64,000 nucleotides of DNA, from positions 5,981-69,980 of IMG/VR virus record IMGVR_UViG_3300045120_000051; one strand, written 5' to 3'. The notes beneath the pieces are model-generated. The model searched no databases and had not been told where the DNA came from. It worked only from the letters and a program-made list of their open reading frames with translations. Source of the DNA: a virus. Below, in pieces: positions 27,136-34,951 of the stretch (its first letter is position 1; every line of letters starts with the position of its first letter). A program made the position numbers and the translations under genes.

Positions 27136-27750
27136 ATGACTAAGACCTCAGCTAAGGTTGTTCATATCAGTGAACCGACTGATGGTGGCAATGAGACAAT
27201 CGAACACTCAGAGCCTTACGCCGTCGCCGTAACTGTCGAAGGCTCCGCCGATTTTCTGTTTCATCGATGGAATCCGGAAGCCGTCGATGAGAAGGCCAAA
27301 GCCGCGAAGAACTCGAAGGGCAAAAAAACCGATAACATCGAGAGTTACGTTTATCGGCTTGACAACGGTGAACTCGCCATCCCCGGCGAATATATGCGGG
27401 GTAGTATCATCAATGCCGCCAAGTTCCGGCAAGACCCACGTTCACCGCGCAAGTCTGCGGCCGATTTGTTCAAGGCTGCAATCGTCGTCACGACGCCGCT
27501 TGCAGCGCTTGGCGTGAGTGATTGGGACTATCTCGACAAGCGCCGCGCGATGGTCCAACGGCAGGGCATCAACCGCGTGCGGCCGGCAATGCGCGCCGGC
27601 TGGACGTGCGAGTTCCATCTGTTGGTGATGCTGCCGGAATACGTTGATCGCGGCGCGTTGCGCGAGACAATCGAAAGCGCGGGGCGGCTCATCGGCCTTG
27701 GTGATTTCCGGCCGACATTTGGCCGGTTTGGCATCGTCAACTTCGAATAA
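27136..27750 (+). CDS. Stand-alone RAMP/Cas7-like RNA-binding protein
   Basis: N-terminal strand VTVEG.A.FL.H, IPG..MRGSI..AA, C-terminal Gly-rich loop AG..IGLGDFRP.FGRF; strong RBS; flanked by pentamer arrays. Confidence 0.8.
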   Translation: MTKTSAKVVHISEPTDGGNETIEHSEPYAVAVTVEGSADFLFHRWNPEAVDEKAKAAKNSKGKKTDNIESYVYRLDNGELAIPGEYMRGSIINAAKFRQDPRSPRKSAADLFKAAIVVTTPLAALGVSDWDYLDKRRAMVQRQGINRVRPAMRAGWTCEFHLLVMLPEYVDRGALRETIESAGRLIGLGDFRPTFGRFGIVNFE

Positions 27751-27758
27751 GGAGATCT

Positions 27759-28006
27759 GGTCGGGTGAGGCTGGGTGTGGCGAGGTCGGCCCTGGTCCGG
27801 CGTGGCATGGTGAGGCTAGGTTTGGTGAGGACGGGCGCGGCATGGCGCGGCAGGGCTAGGTCTGGCAAGGCTAGGTATGGTGAGGTACGGGCCGAAGGGC
27901 CGGTGTGGTACGGTCGGGTTCGGTGAGGCAAGGCTGGCTTCGGTTCGGTAGGCTCTGGTATGCTATGGTAAGGTGGGGCGAGATGGGGCTTGCTGAGGTG
28001 AGGATT
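27759..28006 (+). ncRNA. GGY-NN pentamer arrays 3a (26 units, 27759-27888) and 3b (21 units, 27902-28006), putative guide RNAs
   Basis: Strict 5-nt phase within each block; blocks separated by GGCC-GAAG-GGCC mini-hairpin; intergenic. Confidence 0.75.
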
Positions 28007-28011
28007 TAATC

Positions 28012-29397
28012 TTGAGGACTGTTTTATCACATGGTGTGTTTGATCCAATGCACATTGGGCATGTATTGCATTTGATCGAGGCACGGGCACAAGGCGACAG
28101 GCTTGTCGTAAGCGTTACAGCCGATGAGTTTGTTGCTAAAGGTCCAGATAGGCCCATCTTTAAGGGGGCTGAACGCGCGCAGGCATTGCGGGCTTTAAGT
28201 TGCGTTGATGACGTGATCATTAGTGAGTCTTATGATGCTGTCGATGTAATCAACAAGGTTAGGCCAAATCTTTTTGTTAAGGGTGTCGATTATAAAGATG
28301 TAAACGATGCTGCATTACAGCGAGAAATAGCCGCTGTGGAGGCTCACGGAGGTCGTTTCTATACCACGCATTCTGATAGATGGTCATCGTCCCGCATTGT
28401 AAACGGCGCGAGATTTGATGATGAAGCGATGGCTTATCTTGAGGGCGCCAGGGCGCGAGGGTTTTCTGACCGGATTTTGGCGGCATTCGAACGTGCAGAC
28501 AAGCTGAAAATCGCGTTCGTGGGAGAAACGATCATTGACCGCTACCACTACGTTTCCCCGCTGGGGAAGCCGGTGAAGGAATTCTGCCTTGCCACGGTCG
28601 AGGCCAAGGAATCGGAGGAGTTCCTAGGCGGCGTCATTGCGGCCAGCAAACACGCGGAATGGCCCCATGTGAACGTGGTGACCAGCGGTCAGTTCATCCG
28701 CAAGACGCGGTATGTGGACGTGGCGTTTAACCGGAAGCTGTTCGAGGTCTATTCTGAGCGCGAGATTGAGTTGAACGAAAAGCAGAGGACGGCGTTCCGC
28801 AGTGATCTAGTCGATGCTTTGAAGGCGGTTGATGCTGTTGTCGTGCTGGATTTTGGGCATGGACTCCTAACATCCGAAGAGCGTAGCTTCATTAGATCGG
28901 CTGGGTTCAGGAAGACAAAAAAGAAACAAAAGCCCATATTTACTGCCATTAACTCTCAATCCAACACTGCCAATTTTGGGTTTAATCCAGTTACGTTGCA
29001 TCCTGGCGCAAATTTTGTCTGTGTTGACGATCCAGAGGCGAGGCTTGCTACCGGGATGCAGAATGATCCAATGGGCGACGTTCTAACGTGCCTATCCGAC
29101 AAGATGTGCTGTTACCAGTTCATTGTCACGCACGGTCGGAATGGATGTACCTCCTTCACGAGATACAAGAATCCAGCCGTTCACATCCCCGCCTTCGCCA
29201 CCAACGGCATTGACACCATGGGGGCGGGAGACGCATTTCTGGCAGTGACAGCGCCGCTTGTTGCCGCGGGGCTTGGGCTGGAAGAGGCAGGCTTTGTGGG
29301 CAACGTGGCCGGCGCCATCAAGGTTGGCATCCTCGGCCATCGTCGCCATGTTGGTCGGCAGGAACTTATCCAGAGCGTGGAGGCGCTGCTTAAATGA
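28012..29397 (+). CDS. RfaE/HldE-like bifunctional nucleotidyltransferase + PfkB sugar kinase
   Basis: GVFD.MHIGH, V.VTAD..V.KG..RP, KG.DY, SSS.I; GETIID.Y, DFGHG, DTMGAGDAF. Confidence 0.9.
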   Translation: MRTVLSHGVFDPMHIGHVLHLIEARAQGDRLVVSVTADEFVAKGPDRPIFKGAERAQALRALSCVDDVIISESYDAVDVINKVRPNLFVKGVDYKDVNDAALQREIAAVEAHGGRFYTTHSDRWSSSRIVNGARFDDEAMAYLEGARARGFSDRILAAFERADKLKIAFVGETIIDRYHYVSPLGKPVKEFCLATVEAKESEEFLGGVIAASKHAEWPHVNVVTSGQFIRKTRYVDVAFNRKLFEVYSEREIELNEKQRTAFRSDLVDALKAVDAVVVLDFGHGLLTSEERSFIRSAGFRKTKKKQKPIFTAINSQSNTANFGFNPVTLHPGANFVCVDDPEARLATGMQNDPMGDVLTCLSDKMCCYQFIVTHGRNGCTSFTRYKNPAVHIPAFATNGIDTMGAGDAFLAVTAPLVAAGLGLEEAGFVGNVAGAIKVGILGHRRHVGRQELIQSVEALLK

Positions 29398-29579
29398 CGG
29401 ACAAGGATTGGGAAATACCGAGCCCTCGCAAGTACCTTGCTATAAAATACTCAACCCCGCCTGGAACTTGCAAGTGTGGTGAGTGCCAATTGGTGCCGCC
29501 CGAAATGCTGATGGTATGGGATGCTGAAATCCAGAGCCTCAAAGATCAGGTTAAACACCTGAGAATTATAAAACCATGA
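29394..29579 (+). CDS. Hypothetical protein
   Basis: ATGA-coupled on both sides. Confidence 0.55.
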   Translation: MTDKDWEIPSPRKYLAIKYSTPPGTCKCGECQLVPPEMLMVWDAEIQSLKDQVKHLRIIKP

Positions 29580-29794
29580 CCGACCTCCCCCCTCTCCACG
29601 TCATCGTCAAGTTCGGGAAGGATATCCCGCTATCCATCCAAGGGCCGGCGTTGCTGGAGATGGAGCGGCATCTGCGCAAGCTGGCGGCGGAGACGGTGTG
29701 CGGGCCCCTGTGGATTGAAGTCTTTAAGGAGGCCAAGGGGGATGATAGTAAGTTGCGCAGCGCCATGACCGAAAAGCAAAGATCAAAACTATGA
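29576..29794 (+). CDS. Hypothetical protein
   Basis: ATGA-coupled on both sides. Confidence 0.6.
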   Translation: MTDLPPLHVIVKFGKDIPLSIQGPALLEMERHLRKLAAETVCGPLWIEVFKEAKGDDSKLRSAMTEKQRSKL

Positions 29795-30954
29795 CCTCGC
29801 CCATGCCCGATTTTGTCGATCACGTTCTCGGCGTTGCTCCCGATTCCCCGTCCGTTCACAATCTTCAATTGGATGGGACAAAAATAGCTTGGTATCGAGA
29901 TCGCGTTGAGGCATGGGCTCGGGGCGAGCGCATCGCTCCGATCACGATGGACGTGGCCTGGACTCGCAAGTGCCAAGCAGCGTGCGGATTCTGCTATGCG
30001 AGTCTACAGTCCAGTGAAGGCGGCATCGATGTAACCCGGCAGGAAGCATTCGACTTCTTGGAAGACGCCGCAGCCATCGGCGTCAAGGGCGTCAGCCTCA
30101 TAAGCGACGGGGAAAGCACTGGCGTCCCCTACTATGCCGAATCGATCAAGTACGGTGCGTCCCTTGGTCTGCAAATGGGGATCAGTTCAAACGGGGTGAC
30201 GCTCACCCGAGATGTTCTGGAGGACATCCTGCCGTCGCTGAGTTACCTCCGGTACAATTTCAGCGGTGGCAAACGCAAGCGTTACGCTGAGATCATGGGG
30301 TTGAAGCAGATTTGGTTTGACCGCGTGGTGTCAAGCGTCAAGACCTCGATGGAGATCAAACGGCGCGACAACCTCCCTTGCACGGTCAACATGCAATTTG
30401 TCGTCCGTCCTGTAGACGGGGACCAGATTGTACCGTTTGCTAAACTCGCCGCCGAAATCCGCCCTGATTACGGAATCCTGAAGCACTGTTCCGATAGCTC
30501 GACCAATGACCTCGGTGTGGATTACCGAAAGTACAGCGAATTATTCCCGTTGTTTCAGGAGGCCGAAGGCTACTCGGACAAGGATTTTCGCATTGCGGTC
30601 AAGTGGTCGCGTATCCAGGACGAGGGCAAGCGAGATTACCAACGATGCTATGGGCCTCCGTTCATCCTGCAAATGTCCGGCAATGGCTTGATTGCTCCTT
30701 GCGGGCAGAAGTTCAATTCCAAGTACCAGAAATTCCACATGGGCCGGTTGTCGGAGATGCGTTTCCGGGACATCTTCAAGAGTGACCGCTACTGGGACAT
30801 CATCAACTATCTCGCCAGCGAGGACTTCGACGCGCAGAAGGATTGCGGCGAGAACTGCTTGCAGACAAACAGCAACTCGTGGCTGAATCGCTATGTGAAC
30901 GGGCAAGCGCAGTTTGCGACAACGCCCCCACCCCCGCAGATCGGTTTTCTGTGA
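29791..30954 (+). CDS. Radical SAM protein with SPASM/twitch-like domain
   Basis: CQAACGFC; C.GP......GNG...PC; C..NC. Confidence 0.9.
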   Translation: MTSPMPDFVDHVLGVAPDSPSVHNLQLDGTKIAWYRDRVEAWARGERIAPITMDVAWTRKCQAACGFCYASLQSSEGGIDVTRQEAFDFLEDAAAIGVKGVSLISDGESTGVPYYAESIKYGASLGLQMGISSNGVTLTRDVLEDILPSLSYLRYNFSGGKRKRYAEIMGLKQIWFDRVVSSVKTSMEIKRRDNLPCTVNMQFVVRPVDGDQIVPFAKLAAEIRPDYGILKHCSDSSTNDLGVDYRKYSELFPLFQEAEGYSDKDFRIAVKWSRIQDEGKRDYQRCYGPPFILQMSGNGLIAPCGQKFNSKYQKFHMGRLSEMRFRDIFKSDRYWDIINYLASEDFDAQKDCGENCLQTNSNSWLNRYVNGQAQFATTPPPPQIGFL

Positions 30955-31721
30955 CATTCGACATCGCCGCTGCCAAGGAACGGTGCCGGCGCTATCGGCG
31001 GCGCATTCTGGACATCTCGCAGCAGGTTTCGGCGCTTCACATTGCCAGCGCCTATTCATGCACCGAGATTGTGGATTGCATCTACCACGGTCTGATGCGA
31101 CCGCAGGAGACGTTCATCTTGTCCAAGGGACACGCCGGCATCATGCAGTATGTGGTACTGGAAGATCTCCGGGTGCTCAACAGAAGTGACCTTGAGGCTT
31201 ATTGCACCCGAAATGGGGTGCTTGGAACGCATCCCGACTACGGCAATCCGGGGATTGCTGCCTCGACAGGCTCCCTCGGTCACGGCCTTGGGATGGCGGT
31301 GGGAATGGCTCTGGCCAACCGTTCGGAGCGGGTTTACGTGGTTCTCAGCGATGGGGAGTTGCAGGAGGGATCGACGTGGGAAGCCATCTTGCAGGCGTCG
31401 TCGCTACGGTTGAACAATCTCACGGTCTTTGTGGACAACAACGACTTCCAGAGTTTGCAGCGAACGTCGGTCACTCACCCATCGTTTTATCCATTGGCTG
31501 CTAAATTTGTGGCCTTCGATTGGGGTGTGGTTGAAGTTGAGGACGGCCACGATAGTTGGGCCTTATACAAGGAATCTAAGCACGGGCATCTTTTCAGGCC
31601 CTTTGTGGTGATTGCGAAAACGACCAAGGGGAAGGGCGTCAGCTTCATGGAGAACATTCCCATCTGGCACTACAGGTCGCCCAATGTGGAGGAATACGCC
31701 AAGGCGATAGCCGAGCTATGA
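30951..31721 (+). CDS. Transketolase N-terminal (TPP-binding) subunit
   Basis: LSKGHA, TGSLGHGL..AVG, SDGELQEG.TWEA, T.KGKGVSFME..WH; GTG start overlaps upstream TGA. Confidence 0.92.
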   Translation: MTFDIAAAKERCRRYRRRILDISQQVSALHIASAYSCTEIVDCIYHGLMRPQETFILSKGHAGIMQYVVLEDLRVLNRSDLEAYCTRNGVLGTHPDYGNPGIAASTGSLGHGLGMAVGMALANRSERVYVVLSDGELQEGSTWEAILQASSLRLNNLTVFVDNNDFQSLQRTSVTHPSFYPLAAKFVAFDWGVVEVEDGHDSWALYKESKHGHLFRPFVVIAKTTKGKGVSFMENIPIWHYRSPNVEEYAKAIAEL

Positions 31722-32653
31722 GGAATGTATTCGCTGAGACGCTTTTCGAGGAAGCTGTTGGTAATCCTAAGATTTTCGTCGTGGCTGCGGATATTTCTCC
31801 GTCTGGAAGCATGGCTAAGTTTGGCCTGGAATACCCTGATCGCGTCATCAATGTTGGGGTGGCAGAGCAATCCATGATCGGGATCTGCGCCGGTCTGGCC
31901 ATCAAGGGGTGCCAGCCGTTCGCCTATACGATAGCGACGTTCAGTCTTTACCGGCCGTTCGAGATGGTGCGAGATGATCTTTGTTATCAGAACTTGCCAG
32001 TGACCGTCGTGGGGATGGGGGCGGGTGCGATCTACTCGACGCTGGGGGGAACACATCAGGCGATTGAGGACATCGCGATTGCGAGCGCGTTGCCCAACAT
32101 GCAGATCATAGCTCCGTGCGATCCGCTGGAATGTGCCGAGGCCGTGCGCTGGTGTGCCCGGCAAAGGAGTGGGCCGGTTTACCTGCGGCTTGGGAAGTCT
32201 GGGGAGTCCACCCTAACCAAGGATGCGGCGTCGTGGCAATTTGGCAAGATCAGGAAAATCCGTGCTGGTAGCGATATCTGCATTCTGACTTACGGGGTAA
32301 TCGCGGCAATGGCTGTCAATGTGGCGGATAGTCTAACGGGCTTGGGGTACTCTGTCGCCGTTGTGTCGGTTCACACGATGAAACCGTTGGATAGGCGTGG
32401 TATCGCGTCAATTTTGACCAACTACCAGCATGTGGTTGTCATCGAGGAACACGTTCCGCAGGGAGGTCTTGCGGCTCAAACCAAGCAGATTGCTTGGGAA
32501 TGCAAGGCGCGGTGCCGGCTGAACACGTTCACCTTGCAGGATGAATTCATCCATAACTATGGCACTCGTGACGAATTTCTCGCCGCGCATGGGCTTTCGG
32601 TTGAATGGATATCGGCGGCGGTTGCTCTTGACGCGCGTGCATTTTCGGCCTAA
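31718..32653 (+). CDS. Transketolase C-terminal (pyrimidine-binding) subunit
   Basis: NVGVAEQSMIG..AGLA, G.THQAIED, GPVYLRL, KPLD, EEH...GGL. Confidence 0.92.
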   Translation: MRNVFAETLFEEAVGNPKIFVVAADISPSGSMAKFGLEYPDRVINVGVAEQSMIGICAGLAIKGCQPFAYTIATFSLYRPFEMVRDDLCYQNLPVTVVGMGAGAIYSTLGGTHQAIEDIAIASALPNMQIIAPCDPLECAEAVRWCARQRSGPVYLRLGKSGESTLTKDAASWQFGKIRKIRAGSDICILTYGVIAAMAVNVADSLTGLGYSVAVVSVHTMKPLDRRGIASILTNYQHVVVIEEHVPQGGLAAQTKQIAWECKARCRLNTFTLQDEFIHNYGTRDEFLAAHGLSVEWISAAVALDARAFSA

Positions 32654-32824
32654 TGGACATTATCAGTTCCCATCACAAGCGCTGATGGTCGAGCTAAACG
32701 TCAGGTCTAGCGGTGCCCGCAGACCTTGACATATCACCGCAGCGAGCCGCCGCGGTCCACCTCTCGGCAATCCAGGCAACGCCTGCCCGGTCCAGCCCTC
32801 CGCAACCCGGAGCACGACCCGGCT

Positions 32825-33403
32825 ATGGCCAATTTACAATCGGCGTTCGGCTTCAGACATATCGGGTTTCTGTCCGGCTACGCTCCGGACTATCAGCAGC
32901 AAACCCGCCTCATCCAATCGACCAACACGACGAAGATATTCAATGGCGATCCGGTCGTTAAATCCGGCGCCACGAATTACATCGTGCAGGGGTCCAGCAC
33001 CACGATCCTGGAGGGCATCTTTGTCGGATGCACCTATCAGGCGACGGGTGGCTCGACTACGTGGTCGCCGTATTGGGTGGGCGCGGCAGCGGCCGATGCT
33101 ATCGGATACCTGATCAACGCGCCGGGTGCGCTGTTCCTGGCCGCCGCGCTCAATACCGCCATCGTGACCGCGAACATCGGCGCCAACATCGGCTATAACA
33201 TTGGCACCGGATCGACGGTCGGCGGTGGGTTCTCTGGCGCCACGCTGGACCAGAGCACGATCAACACCACCAACACCCTGCCGTTCCAGATTGTCAGCCT
33301 TTACCAGGGCATCGGCAACGGCTCAGATCCTCTCACGGCCTACAACTGGGCTGTCGTTACCTTCAATAACCAGAGGTTCAGAACTCTGACCGGCGTCGCG
33401 TAA
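32825..33403 (+). CDS. Putative capsid decoration/minor head protein
   Basis: MAN...FGFR, IFNGDPV, GIFVGC.Y; immediately before capsid gene. Confidence 0.7.
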   Translation: MANLQSAFGFRHIGFLSGYAPDYQQQTRLIQSTNTTKIFNGDPVVKSGATNYIVQGSSTTILEGIFVGCTYQATGGSTTWSPYWVGAAAADAIGYLINAPGALFLAAALNTAIVTANIGANIGYNIGTGSTVGGGFSGATLDQSTINTTNTLPFQIVSLYQGIGNGSDPLTAYNWAVVTFNNQRFRTLTGVA

Positions 33404-33442
33404 GCGGCTGGCCGTCCCGTCGCACTAGCTTAGGGGCCATCA

Positions 33443-34357
33443 ATGCCCGTCGCCCTCGCAAATATCCGCAGCGAATTGTTGCCCGGCCTGTTCGACGTGC
33501 GTGGGTCATACGACATGATCCCGCGACAGTGGGACAAGGTGTTCACCACCCACAAGTCGGAAATGGCCGTCGAGCGTTCGACGCAGATGGCCTTTGTGGC
33601 GTTGCCGTTCCTGAAAGATGAAGGGGCCGCCACGCAATTCGATAACAATGCTGGCGAACGCTTCACCTGGGCCTTCACGCACATCGAAGTTGCCTTGGGG
33701 TACGCGATCACGAGAAAAGCGATTGACGATAACCTCTACAAGGCACAGTTCAATCCGACAAACCTGAAGCTCCAGGAAGCCTTTGCGCAGTTCAAGGAAA
33801 TCCAGTCCGCGAACATCCTGAACCTCGGGACTACCTACAACTCAGCACAGATCGGAGATGGCGTTGCGCTGTTCTCGACGGCGCATCCCTACGACGGCGG
33901 CACATGGGCCAACACGTCGTCCGTGCCGAAGTCGCTGAACGAATCCTCGATGCTGGCCAACATGACGAACGTCCGCACGCAGTTCGTCAACGAACGCGGC
34001 CTGCGTATTTTGTCCAGGGCGCGTCGGCTTGTCGTGCCGCCCAATCTCGAACAAGTCGCAATCCGCCTCACCAAGACGGAGTTGCGCCCTGGCACCGCAG
34101 ACAACGACGTGAACGCCATCCTCACCCTCTCCGGTGGGCTGCCCGAAGGCTTCATCGTCATGGACTTCCTGACCTCGAACTTCGCGTGGTTCTTGACCAC
34201 GAATATCGAGGGATTGATTCACATGCTCCGCATCCCGTATGAGAGCGATATGTGGGTCGATAATGTCACGGACAACTTGCTTGTAAAGGCTTACGAACGC
34301 TACAGTTTTGGCGATAACGATCCTCGGGCCGCGTGGGGCGAGTTTCCCACGAGTTGA
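33443..34357 (+). CDS. Major capsid protein (Mu gpT-like, HK97 fold)
   Basis: L.PGL, K.EG....D, ALGYAIT..AI.DNLY, GDGVALFSTAHP, LVVPP.L...A.RL, ERYSFG..D.R. Confidence 0.9.
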   Translation: MPVALANIRSELLPGLFDVRGSYDMIPRQWDKVFTTHKSEMAVERSTQMAFVALPFLKDEGAATQFDNNAGERFTWAFTHIEVALGYAITRKAIDDNLYKAQFNPTNLKLQEAFAQFKEIQSANILNLGTTYNSAQIGDGVALFSTAHPYDGGTWANTSSVPKSLNESSMLANMTNVRTQFVNERGLRILSRARRLVVPPNLEQVAIRLTKTELRPGTADNDVNAILTLSGGLPEGFIVMDFLTSNFAWFLTTNIEGLIHMLRIPYESDMWVDNVTDNLLVKAYERYSFGDNDPRAAWGEFPTS

Positions 34358-34426
34358 CGTGTATTTGTTGACATTCACCCCGACAGAGGGAGATAAAAGA
34401 CAGGTAGCAACAAAGGGAGTTTCCCA

Positions 34427-34951
34427 ATGCTTGATAACCTGTCTGCTGCCCATGTTCGCGCTATCTTCTCGTATGACCCACAAGAGGGGCTTTTGCGGTG
34501 GAGAAATGATTGCGGGATGGGAAACCGAATACCGGCCGGGTCAGTGGCAGGGACGCTTAATAAGGAAGGATATAGGTACGTTATCGTTGATGGTAGGCAC
34601 TACCGAGCGGCACGGGTAATCTGGCTCTGGATGACAGGGAAATGGCCCCTCGGACAAGTGGATCACAAGGATAGAGGTACCTCGAACGACAAATGGGAAA
34701 ACTTGAGAGAGGCTACTGGCTCCCAAAACAAGGCCAATAGCCGGAAGTACCGAAACAAGAGTTGCTCTCTAAAGGGCGTGCAGGCAGTGCAGAAGCGTCA
34801 TTCCATCCGATACCGCGCAGTCGTCACGAAGGACGGCGTGCGGCGAAGTATCGGAAACTTTGGAACGCCGGAAGAGGCGCACGCTGCATACGTGAAGGCC
34901 GCGCAGGAATTGCACGGCGAATACGCTAGCGCGGGCACGGAGAACGGTTAG
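34427..34951 (+). CDS. HNH homing endonuclease with AP2 domain
   Basis: YDP..G.L.W, VDHKDR...N..W.NLREAT.SQN..N, G.F.TPEEA.AAY..AA.ELHGEYA; TTGACA upstream. Confidence 0.9.
   Translation: MLDNLSAAHVRAIFSYDPQEGLLRWRNDCGMGNRIPAGSVAGTLNKEGYRYVIVDGRHYRAARVIWLWMTGKWPLGQVDHKDRGTSNDKWENLREATGSQNKANSRKYRNKSCSLKGVQAVQKRHSIRYRAVVTKDGVRRSIGNFGTPEEAHAAYVKAAQELHGEYASAGTENG

Noticed and set aside
26816-28006. CRISPR array or simple microsatellite
   Set aside because: No 25-45 bp repeats with spacers, and the units are not identical; only 3 of every 5 bases are constrained.
27759-28006. G-quadruplex as the sole explanation
   Set aside because: GG doublets could form weak two-tier quadruplexes, but that does not explain the pyrimidine at position 3, the strict phase, or the decodable NN string.
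27442-28090. ORFs 27442-27843(-), 27644-27859(+), 27737-28090(-) and 26828-27118(-)
   Set aside because: Low-complexity translations produced by the pentamer arrays, overlapping better genes.
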